64,000 bases of DNA from contig RHLS01000006.1 of assembly GCA_003712145.1 (NCBI GenBank), positions 47,253-111,252 on the forward strand, written 5' to 3'. A program made the position numbers and the translations under genes. Within the stretch, counting starts at the first letter, position 1, and each line of letters starts with the position of its first letter. The DNA comes from Desulfuromonadales bacterium. Its GTDB lineage: Bacteria; Desulfobacterota; Desulfuromonadia; Geobacterales; Geobacteraceae. Below are positions 32,544-45,788 of the stretch, in pieces. The notes under the pieces were generated by a model. The model did no database searches. It had not been told where the DNA came from and saw only the letters and a program-made list of their open reading frames with translations.

Positions 32544-35245
32544 CCGCAAACGATGATGACATGCGCCCTTCCCCCGAGGCGATGCTGAAGCTGGCCCAAA
32601 CCGAGGAGGCCGAGACGGGCCAGGGAAAGCTGAAGATCTTCCTCGGCTACGCCGCCGGGGTCGGGAAGACCTACGCCATGCTTGAGGCCGCCCGCCAGCG
32701 CATGCTGGATGGACGTGACGTGGTGGTGGGGTACGCAGAGTCCCACGGCAGGTCCGAGACCGATGCCTTGCTGGAGGGGCTCGAGGTCCTCCCCCGGAAA
32801 GAGGTCGACTGGCAGGGGGTCCTCCTCCCCGAGATGGACCTGGACGCCCTGCTGGCCCGCAAACCCCAGATCGCCCTGGTGGACGAACTGGCCCACACCA
32901 ACGTCCCCGGATCGCGCCACGAAAAGCGCTGGCAGGATGTGGAGGAACTCCTCGCCGCCGGCATCGACGTCTATACCACCGTCAACATCCAGCACTTCGA
33001 GAGCCTGAACGACGTCATCACCCAGGTGACCGGCGTGGTGGTGCGCGAGACCATCCCCGACCGGCTGCTGGACCTGGCGTTCGAGATCAGGCTCGTGGAC
33101 ATTCCTCCCGAGGACCTGCTCCAGCGCCTGCACGAGGGGAAGGTCTACGTCCCCGAACAGGCGGCCTGGGCCGTGGAAAAGTTCTTCAGGCCCGGCAACC
33201 TGATGGCCCTGCGGGAGCTCTCGCTGCGGCGAACCGCTGCCCGCGTGGACGAGCAGATGCGGGCCTACATGGAGACCCGGGCCATCGCCGGACCGTGGCC
33301 GGCGGCGGAGCGGCTCATGGTCTGCGTGAGCGGCAGCCCTTTCAGCGAAAAGCTCATCCGCGCCACCTGCCGGCTGGCGGACGAACTGAAGGCCCAGTGG
33401 TTCACCGTCTACATCGAGACGCCGGGAGGAGGCAGGCATGTCCGCGAAAACCGCGAGCGGGTCTGGCGCGACATGCGGCTGGCCGAGAGCCTGGGCGCCC
33501 AGGTTGCGACCCTCACGGCCACCTCCGTTCCCAACGCCGTCATCGACTATGCCGCCAGGCACAACATCACCCGGATCGTGGTCGGCAAACCGACAAAACC
33601 CCGCTGGCAAGAACTGCTCCGGATCCCCATCGTGGACCAGATCATCCGCCAGAGCGGGGCAATCGACGTGGTTGTGGTCAGCTTCGGGCCGACCGAATCG
33701 TCGACACCTGCTCCGGCACCGACGATTCGCCACCCGTTCCCGCTCAGGGGCTACGCGGCAAGCCTTCTGCTCGTCGGCGGCGCGTCAATGGTCTGCGAGC
33801 TTTTCCGCCCCTTCCTGGACCCGACCAACATGGTCATGGTCTATCTCCTGGCGGTGGTCCTTGCGGCGGTGCGCCTCGGCAGGAGACCCGCCATGGCCAC
33901 GGCATTCCTGGGGGTGCTGGCGTTCGATTTCTTCTTCGTCCCACCCCGGTTTTCGTTTACCGTCTCCGACACCCAGTACCTGCTGACTTTTGTGGGGCTC
34001 TTCGTGGTGGGCGTGGTCATCAGCACCCTGGTCTCCCGGGCCAGTGAGCGGGCCGAGGTCATACGGACCCGCGAGGTCCAGACCGCAAGCCTCTACTACC
34101 TGAGCCGCGATCTGGCCGCGGCTGCCGATATCGGTGCCGTCATGAAGGCAGTCATCGGCAATATCGAAGAAGCCCTGAATGCCAGGCTCGCCCTGTTTCT
34201 TCCGGAGGGGGAGCGACTGGAGATGATGGCAGCCAGCGCGGACCTGACGCTCGACCTCAAGGAGCAGGCGGTGGCCGACTGGACCTTCCGCAACCGCCAG
34301 CCGGCCGGCCGGGGGACAGACACCCTCATATCCTCAAACCTCATCTACCTCCCCCTCCAGACCATGGCCAGCGTGCTTGGGGTCATGGGGGTACAGTTGG
34401 AAAGCGAGGAGGAGTATCGCTCCCAGGAGAGCCGACGCCTGCTGGATGCTTTCGCCACCCAGGCAGCCATGGCCATGGAGCGGGTGCAGTTCTCACGGCA
34501 GGCGGAACAGGCCCAGATCCTCCAGGCCCGGGAAAACCTCGAACGCGCCCTGCTCAACTCCATCTCCCACGACCTGCGTACCCCGCTGGTCTCCGTCACC
34601 GGCGTCCTGGGCTCGCTCAGGGACGAGGAAGAGCATCTCTCCGACCGGGCGCGCCGTGAACTCCTGAAGACCGCCTGTGACGAGGCCGCGCGTCTGAACC
34701 GTTTCGTCGGCAACCTGCTGGACATGACCCGTATCGAAGCCGGCGCGGTCAGGCTGAACGTCGAGCCGTGCGACGCACAGGACCTGATCGGCTGCGCCCT
34801 GGCCGCCATCGAGCAGCGCCTGGGCGACCGGGAGGTGAGGGTGGAACTCCCTGACGGTCTGCCGCTGGTCTCCCTGGACCTGGTGCTGATGACCCAGGTG
34901 CTGGTGAACATTCTGGACAATGCCGCGAAATACGCGCCCCGGGAGAGCGCCATCGACATAGCCGCCCGCGCCAATGACACCTGGCTGACCCTGGAGGTAT
35001 CCGACCGCGGACCCGGTGTGCCCGAGCACGATCTGAAGCGGGTCTTCGACAAGTTCTACCGCATTCCGGTTCCCGAAGGCGCCGGCGGGACAGGACTGGG
35101 TCTTTCCATCTGCAAGGGGATCGTCGAAGCCCATGGAGGGAGGATCAAGGCGGAAAACCGTGACGGCGGAGGACTGACCATCACGATTCGGCTGCCGCTG
35201 GCACGGCCGGCGGACTGGAAGGGAGTAGGCGGGCATGGCGTCTGA
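32540..35245 (+). CDS. kdpD: Osmosensitive K+ sensor kinase
   Basis: [23 protein letters not shown], Usp domain, 4 [13 protein letters not shown]. Confidence 0.97.
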   Translation: MTANDDDMRPSPEAMLKLAQTEEAETGQGKLKIFLGYAAGVGKTYAMLEAARQRMLDGRDVVVGYAESHGRSETDALLEGLEVLPRKEVDWQGVLLPEMDLDALLARKPQIALVDELAHTNVPGSRHEKRWQDVEELLAAGIDVYTTVNIQHFESLNDVITQVTGVVVRETIPDRLLDLAFEIRLVDIPPEDLLQRLHEGKVYVPEQAAWAVEKFFRPGNLMALRELSLRRTAARVDEQMRAYMETRAIAGPWPAAERLMVCVSGSPFSEKLIRATCRLADELKAQWFTVYIETPGGGRHVRENRERVWRDMRLAESLGAQVATLTATSVPNAVIDYAARHNITRIVVGKPTKPRWQELLRIPIVDQIIRQSGAIDVVVVSFGPTESSTPAPAPTIRHPFPLRGYAASLLLVGGASMVCELFRPFLDPTNMVMVYLLAVVLAAVRLGRRPAMATAFLGVLAFDFFFVPPRFSFTVSDTQYLLTFVGLFVVGVVISTLVSRASERAEVIRTREVQTASLYYLSRDLAAAADIGAVMKAVIGNIEEALNARLALFLPEGERLEMMAASADLTLDLKEQAVADWTFRNRQPAGRGTDTLISSNLIYLPLQTMASVLGVMGVQLESEEEYRSQESRRLLDAFATQAAMAMERVQFSRQAEQAQILQARENLERALLNSISHDLRTPLVSVTGVLGSLRDEEEHLSDRARRELLKTACDEAARLNRFVGNLLDMTRIEAGAVRLNVEPCDAQDLIGCALAAIEQRLGDREVRVELPDGLPLVSLDLVLMTQVLVNILDNAAKYAPRESAIDIAARANDTWLTLEVSDRGPGVPEHDLKRVFDKFYRIPVPEGAGGTGLGLSICKGIVEAHGGRIKAENRDGGGLTITIRLPLARPADWKGVGGHGV

Positions 35246-35942
35246 GCAAACGGGGGAACATCTCCCCCGCATCCTGGTAATCGACGACGAGGCAGCGATC
35301 AGGCGCTTCCTTCGAACCGTGCTGTCAGAGGAGGAGTTCTCGCTGCACCTGGCCGAGGGGGGGCACGCGGGGCTGGCAGCCACCGCGGCGGTTCGGCCTG
35401 ACGTGGTCCTGCTGGATCTGGGGCTGCCAGACCTAGATGGGATCGAAGTGATCAGGCGGATTCGCGAGTGGTCGCAGGTGCCGATCATCGTGCTCTCGGT
35501 GCGGGACCGCGAGGATGACAAGGTGGCCGCCCTGGATGCCGGCGCCGACGACTACCTCACCAAGCCGTTCGGCGTGGGCGAGCTGCTGGCCCGCATCCGG
35601 GCAGCCCTGCGACGATCGCTCCTACAGGCCCCCGAGCCAGTCTTCACCAGCGGCGGACTGATGATGGACCTGACCCGACGCCGCGTGACCGTGGACGGCG
35701 CAGAGGTCCAGCTCACGCCGACCGAATACGATCTCCTGCGCCTGCTGGTGGTCCACGCCGGCAAGGTCCTGACCCACAACCAGATTCTCCGGCAGGTATG
35801 GGGCATCGCCTACCTGGAGCAGCCCCACGTGCTCAGGGTCAACATCAGCAACCTGCGCCGCAAGATCGAGTCTGATCCGTCACGCCCCCGGCACATCATC
35901 ACCGAGCCCGGTGTGGGATACCGGCTGAAGGTTGATTGGTGA
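35235..35942 (+). CDS. kdpE: Response regulator KdpE
   Basis: OmpR-type regulator; C-terminal HIITEPGVGYR; follows kdpD. Confidence 0.95.
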   Translation: MASEQTGEHLPRILVIDDEAAIRRFLRTVLSEEEFSLHLAEGGHAGLAATAAVRPDVVLLDLGLPDLDGIEVIRRIREWSQVPIIVLSVRDREDDKVAALDAGADDYLTKPFGVGELLARIRAALRRSLLQAPEPVFTSGGLMMDLTRRRVTVDGAEVQLTPTEYDLLRLLVVHAGKVLTHNQILRQVWGIAYLEQPHVLRVNISNLRRKIESDPSRPRHIITEPGVGYRLKVDW

Positions 35943-36154
35943 ACGTCGTGGGGGCGCAGCAGCGAATCGGCTGAGAGCACACCGACTTGGCCGGTGTGGC
36001 GCCTGGTTCTCAAGCCTGACCCTATTACCCCCCTGACCCTATTCCCCCCCCTCAGTCCTCTTTCTCAATCTCCGGGGAGATCGGCGAGGTGAATCTTTAT
36101 TCTCGTGGGTGGCGGTGAGGGAGGTAGGACTTCGGAGGTGTCAGAGGAAGAAAG

Positions 36155-36178
36155 CATGCCGGCCTTGCGGCCGGCATG
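36155..36178 (-). terminator. Hairpin after ideR
   Basis: CATGCCGGCC-ttgc-GGCCGGCATG followed by CTTTCTT on the minus strand. Confidence 0.6.
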
Positions 36179-36210
36179 GGTAGGGATGCCCCGGAATGGA
36201 CGCAGGGAAT

Positions 36211-36855
36211 TCAGCGCCTAACGTGTATCTCCCGGGCGAGATTCGTGTCGATGGCGAATTCGGAGTAGCCGATGCGGAAGATGTAGGAGGGGAAGGTCTG
36301 CATGAGATTGATCCGGTTCCCCGGCAGGACCCCCATGGCCATGAGCTTTCGCATCTTCGTGTCGTCTTCGGTGAGGATGTAGGCAATCTCCCCCTCCTCC
36401 CCCGCCTTCAGTTCGGTAAGCGGCACCACCCCGAGGTCGCCGCTCTTTCTGGCCGTGTCGCAGCAGTCGCCGGGCGGGATGGGCTTGCCGTGGGGGCAGG
36501 TTGAGGGGTGGTTGAGCATGGTGCAGACCTTGGTGTCGACCTCCTCATGGAGCAGGTGCTCGAACTCGCAGGCCTTGGCCTCGGCGCTGTCACCGCGGAT
36601 ATTGAACACGTCCATCATAAGGCGCTCGGCGAGCCGGTGGCGCCGCACCGTCCGCTTCCCCTCCTCCTTTCCCTCGGGACGCAGGTAGACGCGGCCCTCA
36701 CGAACCTCTATGAAGGCCAGGGTGGCCAGCTCCCGGTAGGCCGGATCGTCAGCCGCAACCGAGATCCTTTCCAAATCCATGTGGAGATTTCCCTCCTCTT
36801 CGCAGGCCACCCAGAGGGCTTCGAGGATTTCTTCCGCTTTATCGGACAGCTTCAT
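36211..36855 (-). CDS. ideR: DtxR/IdeR-family metal-dependent regulator with a C-terminal FeoA domain
   Basis: RRHRLAE, ACEFEH, CPHGKPIP, followed by a FeoA-like SH3 domain. Confidence 0.9.
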   Translation of the reverse strand: MKLSDKAEEILEALWVACEEEGNLHMDLERISVAADDPAYRELATLAFIEVREGRVYLRPEGKEEGKRTVRRHRLAERLMMDVFNIRGDSAEAKACEFEHLLHEEVDTKVCTMLNHPSTCPHGKPIPPGDCCDTARKSGDLGVVPLTELKAGEEGEIAYILTEDDTKMRKLMAMGVLPGNRINLMQTFPSYIFRIGYSEFAIDTNLAREIHVRR

Positions 36856-36896
36856 GATGTTCTCCTTTATGGTTTTCAAACGACGACACCGTAATT

Positions 36897-37079
36897 TTAT
36901 CGCGTTTTACCGTCTCTTTTCAGTACACCCTTCAATGCCTTGATCACCTTCGGCTCAGGCGGATTTTCGTAGAAGCATTTGGGGCAGCGGACCGACCGGC
37001 AGGGTTTGCCGCAGCGGCCGCACCCCTTGATTCCCTCCTCCTCGGCAAACTCGTAACCGCAAAAGCCGCAGCGGATCAT
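36897..37079 (-). CDS. Small Cys-rich protein, 60 aa (zinc-ribbon/FeoC-like)
   Basis: MIRCGFCGYEF...CGRCGKPCRSVRCPKCFYENP; start overlaps the feoB stop (ATGA); hidden inside a longer spurious ORF in the track. Confidence 0.8.
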   Translation of the reverse strand: MIRCGFCGYEFAEEEGIKGCGRCGKPCRSVRCPKCFYENPPEPKVIKALKGVLKRDGKTR

Positions 37080-39067
37080 ACGATTCCCGTCACTAGAAGG
37101 AAGCGGTTGAGGAGGTAGCCGCTCCCGAAGGCCACGAAGGAAACGAAGACCGCGATAAGGGTGGCGCTCTTGAGCCCCCGCTCCTTCTTCATCATGAGAA
37201 ACTGGGCCACGCACGGGACAAAAAGGGTAAGGGTGACCGCCGCCACCACCAGCTGCCGCGGCTCCATGAGCCCCTTCTCCTGGAGGTCGTAGAGGCCGGC
37301 GGCTCCGTAGTCGCGCCGGAAAAAGCCGAAGATGAAAGCCACCGCCGCCTCCTTGGGAAGCCCGATGGAGGCCATGACCGGCTCCATCCATGCCACGAGC
37401 TTCTCGAAAAAGTGGGTGATCTTGCCAAGCCACAGGAGCACCGAGGCGAGGATGAAAAGGGGAAGGATCTCCAGAAAGTACCACTGCATCCGGGTGTAGG
37501 TCTTGGTCAAGACGTTGGAGAACTGGGGGAGCCGCATGGGAGGGAGCTCCATGTAGAACATGGGGGTCTCCCCCGGCATGATCCGGGAGGCCAGGAGCCC
37601 GATCACCAGGAAGATGGCCAAAAGGCATACGCTCCAGACCGCCAGGGCACCCGGTGCCTTGGAGAGAAGGGCGATGATGACCCCCAGCTGGGCCGAGCAG
37701 GGGATGGCCAGGGCCAGGAGCACCGTGGCGATGATCCGCTCCCGCACCGTCTCCAGGGTCCGGGTGACCATGGTTGCCATGGTGTCGCAGCCGAAGCCCA
37801 GAACCATGGGGATTACCGCCCGGCCCGTAAGGCCGATCTTCTTGAAGATCCTGTCCACCAGGAGCGCCAGCCGCGGAAAGTAGCCGCTGTCCTCAAGGAG
37901 CGAGAAGAAGAGGAAGAAGGTGGCGACGATGGGGAGGATGATCCCCACGGCGTAGCGGAGCCCGAGGGTGATGACACCGTATTCCCCCACGAAGAGCTCC
38001 TGGATGATCTCCCACGGCACGATCCCCTTGACGAAGCCGGTGACCCAGGGGTTGAAATACTCCTCGAAGAGGGTTCCCTCCAGGAAGTCGACGAGGGTTC
38101 CTGCCCCGAAGACCCCCACGAACTGGTAGAGCCCGTAGTAGAGGGCGATAACGAGAAGCGGAACGCCGGTAACCGGATGGACCGCCCAGGAGGAGAGGCG
38201 CTCGCCGAAGGTTATCCGCCGCTTGTCGGGAACCTTGACAACCCCCGCCAGAAGCCCTTTCACGATCCCCTTGCGCTCCAGCGAGAGATCGAGATGGAAC
38301 GATTCCCGCCGCTCGAAGCTCTTCTCCTTCACCCGCTCGGCGATGAGAGGGGCCCGCGCCCCTTCCTTCCGGGCCACGAGCTGCGCGATCTCGTCGTCAC
38401 GCTGGAGGAGGAGAAGCGCCAGGGCCTTCTTCTCCAGGGTGTACTCCCCCTGGAGAAGCTCCGCAATCCCGGCGATATCCGCTTCGAGCCGGCGGCTGTA
38501 GCCGAAGGTCCCGTGGTGGCTGCTGTCGTAGGAAGCGATCGCCCGGCGGATCTCGGGAAGCCCCCGCTTCTTGGCGGTGGCGGCACCGATGACCGGTATC
38601 CCCAGCTTTTCCTGCAGGAGAGCAATGTCGATGGAGAGTCCCATCCGCTCCGCCTCGTCCATGATGTTCACCACCAGGATCACCGGGAGCCCCGCCTCCA
38701 CAAGCTGGAGCGTCATGGAGAGCATCCGCTCCAGGTTCCGGGCGTCGAGGACATGGAGCACCACGTCGGGGCGCTCGTTCAGGAGGATCTCCCGGGCAAC
38801 CCGCTCCTCCTCGGTAATGGGAAGGATGGAGTACATGCCGGGGGTGTCAATGATCTCGTAATGCTCCCCCTCCATGGTGGTGGAACCGCGGGAGACCTCC
38901 ACCGAGGTTCCGGGATAGTTGGAAACCGCCACGTAGGCGCCGGTCAGGGCATTGAAGAGGACACTCTTTCCCACGTTGGGGTTCCCCACCAGGGCCACCT
39001 TCCTCACGTTCGCAGCCGAACCCGCGACACTGTCCCGGTTGGTGGATTTACGCTCGAACATTCCCAT
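37076..39067 (-). CDS. feoB: Ferrous iron transporter B
   Basis: GNPNVGKS, NYPGTSVE, DTPG; gate motifs GFGC and IPCSAQ. Confidence 0.97.
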   Translation of the reverse strand: MGMFERKSTNRDSVAGSAANVRKVALVGNPNVGKSVLFNALTGAYVAVSNYPGTSVEVSRGSTTMEGEHYEIIDTPGMYSILPITEEERVAREILLNERPDVVLHVLDARNLERMLSMTLQLVEAGLPVILVVNIMDEAERMGLSIDIALLQEKLGIPVIGAATAKKRGLPEIRRAIASYDSSHHGTFGYSRRLEADIAGIAELLQGEYTLEKKALALLLLQRDDEIAQLVARKEGARAPLIAERVKEKSFERRESFHLDLSLERKGIVKGLLAGVVKVPDKRRITFGERLSSWAVHPVTGVPLLVIALYYGLYQFVGVFGAGTLVDFLEGTLFEEYFNPWVTGFVKGIVPWEIIQELFVGEYGVITLGLRYAVGIILPIVATFFLFFSLLEDSGYFPRLALLVDRIFKKIGLTGRAVIPMVLGFGCDTMATMVTRTLETVRERIIATVLLALAIPCSAQLGVIIALLSKAPGALAVWSVCLLAIFLVIGLLASRIMPGETPMFYMELPPMRLPQFSNVLTKTYTRMQWYFLEILPLFILASVLLWLGKITHFFEKLVAWMEPVMASIGLPKEAAVAFIFGFFRRDYGAAGLYDLQEKGLMEPRQLVVAAVTLTLFVPCVAQFLMMKKERGLKSATLIAVFVSFVAFGSGYLLNRFLLVTGIV

Positions 39068-39098
39068 GTACGGTCACTCCTTCATGAAGCTATGCTAT

Positions 39099-39113
39099 TG
39101 ATATTCACTTTCA
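39099..39113. promoter_or_regulatory. Fur-box-like site upstream of feoB
   Basis: TGATATTCACTTTCA; 13/15 identical to the reverse complement of the box upstream of fur. Confidence 0.55.
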
Positions 39114-39166
39114 GCAGACAGGGCAAAAAAATACACGGCGGGCTGATTCCGTCGCGCTCTGGCAGG

Positions 39167-39598
39167 CTACGGGCGGCATTTTGCGCAGAGGCCGTAGAGT
39201 TCCAGCTTGTGGTGCTTGATGAGAAAACCGTGGGCCACCGCCACCTCGTCCTGGAGCTTCTCAATGCTCTCGTTCTCGAACTCGATGATGGCACCGCACT
39301 CCGTACAGACCAGATGATCGTGGTGTTCCCCCTCGGTCACATGCTCGTAACGGGTCTGGCCGTCACCAAACTGGATCTCCCGGGCGATCCCCGAATCCGC
39401 GAAGAGTTTCAGGGTCCGGTAGACCGTGGCGTAACCGATATTGGGATGCTTTGCCCTGAGCTTGAGGTAGAGCTCCTCGATACTCAGGTGCCGGTCCGAC
39501 GACAGAAAGGCATCGAGGATGATGTCACGCTGGCGGGTCGACTTGAGCCCCTGCTTGGCGATGTAATCCTGGAATATTTTCTGTTTGGCCCGCTTCAT
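39167..39598 (-). CDS. fur: Ferric uptake regulator
   Basis: KSTRQR, GYATVYRTL, HHDHLVCTECG, C-terminal CAKC. Confidence 0.96.
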   Translation of the reverse strand: MKRAKQKIFQDYIAKQGLKSTRQRDIILDAFLSSDRHLSIEELYLKLRAKHPNIGYATVYRTLKLFADSGIAREIQFGDGQTRYEHVTEGEHHDHLVCTECGAIIEFENESIEKLQDEVAVAHGFLIKHHKLELYGLCAKCRP

Positions 39599-39611
39599 AT
39601 CCGACCTCGAT

Positions 39612-39626
39612 TGAAAGTGATTTTCA
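39612..39626. promoter_or_regulatory. Fur-box-like 7-1-7 inverted repeat upstream of fur
   Basis: TGAAAGTGATTTTCA in an AT-rich promoter region. Confidence 0.6.
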
Positions 39627-39803
39627 CTCTAAGAAATTGACGCGGACGAGTCAACACTTATTTTAACCGCATCTACCGTACTTCCGTCGCTTTTCGGGAG
39701 CCCACACGGAAAGAATTCGTGCCCCCCGCTTTCAATCCCGCATTGAGTAACTATAATTACATGGATACCGCACAACAATTTATAGCCTTTACGGTCCATA
39801 CCC

Positions 39804-40550
39804 ATGGCAACCAGAATTCTCGTCGTTGAAGACAACCTTGAAATCGCCCAGCTCATACGGCAGCACCTCGAAAGCGACGGCTACGACGTCACCCTGACCC
39901 ACGACGGCACAGCCGGACTATCGGAAGTGGAGAGTCAGCCGTACGATCTCATCATCCTGGATCTGATCCTTCCGGGTATTGACGGGATCGAGCTTTGCCG
40001 GCTGATCCGGGCGCAGAAAGGATATATCCCCATCCTTATGCTCACATCGAAGGACGACGTTGTCGACAGGGTCATCGGCCTCGAAGTAGGCGCCGACGAT
40101 TACCTGACAAAGCCCTTCAGTTTTCGGGAACTCACTGCCAGGGTCAGAGCGATTGTGCGGCTGGTGGAAAAACTCGGCACCAGGGAAAGCCCCGACGACG
40201 ACGGAATCGTGCGTGTCGGCTCTCTCGTCCTGGACCCGGAGAGACGGAGCGTTTCCAGGAATGGCAGAGAAATCAGACTCACCACCCGGGAGTTCGAGAT
40301 CCTTTCGCTCCTGACCAGACATCCCGGCAAGGTATTTTCCAGGAGCCAGCTCCTCCGCGAGGTATGGGGATACACCAACGACTGCTACGCCCATACGGTC
40401 GACTCCCACATGAGCAGACTCCGCTCCAAGCTTGAAGACAATCCATCCCGGCCGGATCTTGTGCTGACCGTCTGGGGTGTCGGATACAAGCTCAACGATG
40501 AAGGGATTGAGCGGTCTACGCAGGAGTGTAAAGGGGAAACAGGACCCTGA
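39804..40550 (+). CDS. OmpR-family response regulator
   Basis: Receiver plus winged helix (TVDSHMSRLRSKLE, TVWGVGY). Confidence 0.93.
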   Translation: MATRILVVEDNLEIAQLIRQHLESDGYDVTLTHDGTAGLSEVESQPYDLIILDLILPGIDGIELCRLIRAQKGYIPILMLTSKDDVVDRVIGLEVGADDYLTKPFSFRELTARVRAIVRLVEKLGTRESPDDDGIVRVGSLVLDPERRSVSRNGREIRLTTREFEILSLLTRHPGKVFSRSQLLREVWGYTNDCYAHTVDSHMSRLRSKLEDNPSRPDLVLTVWGVGYKLNDEGIERSTQECKGETGP

Positions 40551-42045
40551 AAACGGTTCCCTTGCCCGGTTCGCTCTCCACCGTAACGGCACCGTCGTGC
40601 TGCCTGACGATACCGAACACGATGGAAAGCCCGAGCCCCGTCCCCGTCCCCGGTTCCTTCGTGGTAAAAAACGGCTCGAAAATACTTCGTGCCGTAGTGT
40701 CATCCATCCCATTTCCCGTGTCGCCGACCGTCATGAGGGCATACCGTTCCGCCTCCGGAAGAATGGCCTGTTCGGTCGTCACGTCGGAGCGAAGGACTAT
40801 TTCCGTCCTGATGGTGAATTCACCCCCTTCGGGCATGGCGTCACGGGCGTTGGAGGCGAAGTTCATCAGGATTTGGGCGATCTGCACCGGATCGGCGACG
40901 ATGACCGGGTCGGCGACGCTCAGGGCGGTGGTGATCCGGATCCCTTTACCGAGGAGTCGTCCCAGGAAGTCGAGCCGTTCCTCGATGACGTCGTTCAGGG
41001 GAACCGGCCTGAATTCGGACGCGTGCCTGCGGCTGAACGTCAGAAGTCCCCTGTTGATCGCCGCCGCATGCCCGACCGACGCGAGGATCTGTTGGGCATT
41101 ATACCGTGCGGCCTCCCCTGTTGCCGGATCGTCGGCGATCAACTCGGCGTAGCCGGTTATGGCGGTGAGGATATTGTTGAAGTCATGGGCGACCCCTCCG
41201 GCCATCCGACCGAGGGCCCGCATCTTCTCCGAATGGAGCAGCTGCTCCTCCATCTCCTTTTTCTCCCGGATGTCCCGGGCAATGGAATCGCACATCAGAA
41301 AATCCTGCCGCTCGTCACAGATGACCTTCGACTTGACGAAGACCGGCAGATGCCGACCGTCCCGCGCCAGGAATTCCATTTCCCCCTCGAAATATCCCTT
41401 CTTTTTCAGCTTCTGGAAACGATCAAAGCTCCATCGCAGGGACTCGGGGGTCAGGAAGTCGGCGAGACTTCTGCCGATCATCTCGTCCGGCTCGTAGCCG
41501 AGGTTCGCGGCCATGGTCCGGTTGCAGAGCATGATGGCGGCATCGCCGTTTAGGGAATACATCATGTCCGGCGCGCCATCGTAGAGCTTGCGGTATTTGT
41601 CCACCGCATCCACGAGCTTCTGCTCCAGGTTGACCCGGCTGGTCACGTCGAGCATCGTCATGACGACGAGCCTCACCGAGCCGTCGGCATGGATCAGTGG
41701 ATAGGCACTGGTGCCGAGATAGCGGGGATCATCACCACAGGTGTAGACAACGTGCAGGTCCTTCTGGCGCAGGCCGGTATCGAAGCAGGCGCCGGCCGCG
41801 CAGCGATACTTATCGAACTTGATGTGGCAGGGTTTTTCCGGATTGTGGTGGATCTCATAACAGCGGCTGCCGATCACCTCGCTCGGCGTCTTGCCGAATT
41901 TTTCGCCGTAGGCCCGGTTGGCGTAGACGATGGAGCAGTCCTCCTTCACGACGATGATACTGACGCCGATGGTGTCGAGGATGGACGAAAGAAAGTCTTC
42001 CCGCTCTCCGCCTACCGCTCCGCGCTCATCCATCCCCCTGCTCAT
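40516..42045 (-). CDS. Cytoplasmic PAS-PAS histidine kinase
   Basis: Cys/His-rich PAS, second PAS, MAGGVAHDFNN, FEPFFTTK; its 3' end overlaps the convergent regulator. Confidence 0.9.
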   Translation of the reverse strand: MSRGMDERGAVGGEREDFLSSILDTIGVSIIVVKEDCSIVYANRAYGEKFGKTPSEVIGSRCYEIHHNPEKPCHIKFDKYRCAAGACFDTGLRQKDLHVVYTCGDDPRYLGTSAYPLIHADGSVRLVVMTMLDVTSRVNLEQKLVDAVDKYRKLYDGAPDMMYSLNGDAAIMLCNRTMAANLGYEPDEMIGRSLADFLTPESLRWSFDRFQKLKKKGYFEGEMEFLARDGRHLPVFVKSKVICDERQDFLMCDSIARDIREKKEMEEQLLHSEKMRALGRMAGGVAHDFNNILTAITGYAELIADDPATGEAARYNAQQILASVGHAAAINRGLLTFSRRHASEFRPVPLNDVIEERLDFLGRLLGKGIRITTALSVADPVIVADPVQIAQILMNFASNARDAMPEGGEFTIRTEIVLRSDVTTEQAILPEAERYALMTVGDTGNGMDDTTARSIFEPFFTTKEPGTGTGLGLSIVFGIVRQHDGAVTVESEPGKGTVFRVLFPLYTPA

Positions 42046-42267
42046 GACATCGTCCCCCTGGTCATTTTCCTGACGCGACTCTCCCTGTCCCAAGCTTAGT
42101 TATAGCATCCCCCTTGCCGGACTCAACCGCACGGGCGCGCCTTCCCTCCCGAAATCGCCAGAAAAACGTGAATCATTTGTGATTGTTTCGTGATTAATTC
42201 GCCGCCCGCCCCCGTAAACTTTTACCAGACAACACGGTCACAATGGATCGCTCCGGGGGTGAAGAGT

Positions 42268-44964
<2,697 letters not shown>

Positions 44965-44986
44965 CCTGAAACGGAGACGATCCGCC

Positions 44987-45787
44987 ATGCTCGACGCCCT
45001 CAGGAACCACTGGCCCGAATACCTCATGGAGGCAGCGGGACTCGGCACCTTCATGGTATCGGCCGGACTCTTCGGGGTCATCCTCTTCCATCCGGCCTCG
45101 GCAATGGTCCAGGCAATCCCCGCCCCGCTGCCGCGCCGGCTCCTCATGGGGCTCGCCATGGGGCTGACCGCCATCGGCATCATTTACTCCCCCTGGGGGC
45201 GGCAGTCGGGGGCCCACCTGAACCCGGCGGTGACCCTCACCTTCACCGCCCTCGGCAAGGTGGCCCCCTGGGATGCGTTCTTTTACATCCTCGCCCAGTT
45301 CGTCGGCGGCATGACAGGGGTCTACCTGGCGCTTGTCCTTCTTGGAGAGCGGTTCGCCCGGCCGCCGGTCTCCTACGTGGCGACCATGCCGGGGAAGTAT
45401 GGCCCCTGGGTCGCCTTCGCCGCCGAGGCGGTCATCACCTTCATCCTCATGACGGTGGTCCTCACCACGAGCAACATCCGCAGGACCTCCCGCTACACCG
45501 GGCTCTTCGCCGGCTGTCTCGTGGCCACCTACATCACCCTCGTGGCACCCATCTCGGGGATGAGCATGAATCCAGCCCGCTCCTTCGCCTCCGCCTTTCC
45601 CGGGGGGCTCTGGGACAACCTCTGGATCTACTTCACGGCGCCCCCCCTCGGGATGCTGGCTGCGGCGGGCTTCTACCGGGGGATTCTGAAGGGGCACGAC
45701 ATCTACTGCGCCAAGCTGAACCACCACACCACGCGGCGCTGCATCTTTCTCGGCTGCCGGTTCGGCGACCTGCTGAAAGGGAAATGA
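44987..45787 (+). CDS. MIP-family channel (aquaporin) with a Cys/His-rich C-terminal tail
   Basis: SGAHLNPAVT and SGMSMNPARS NPA motifs; six TM segments. Confidence 0.93.
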   Translation: MLDALRNHWPEYLMEAAGLGTFMVSAGLFGVILFHPASAMVQAIPAPLPRRLLMGLAMGLTAIGIIYSPWGRQSGAHLNPAVTLTFTALGKVAPWDAFFYILAQFVGGMTGVYLALVLLGERFARPPVSYVATMPGKYGPWVAFAAEAVITFILMTVVLTTSNIRRTSRYTGLFAGCLVATYITLVAPISGMSMNPARSFASAFPGGLWDNLWIYFTAPPLGMLAAAGFYRGILKGHDIYCAKLNHHTTRRCIFLGCRFGDLLKGK

Positions 45788-45788
45788 C

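Noticed and set aside
36015-36050. Tandem CCTGACCCTATT direct repeat
   Set aside because: Only two copies with no spacer array or adjacent transposase; possibly a decayed repeat, not CRISPR
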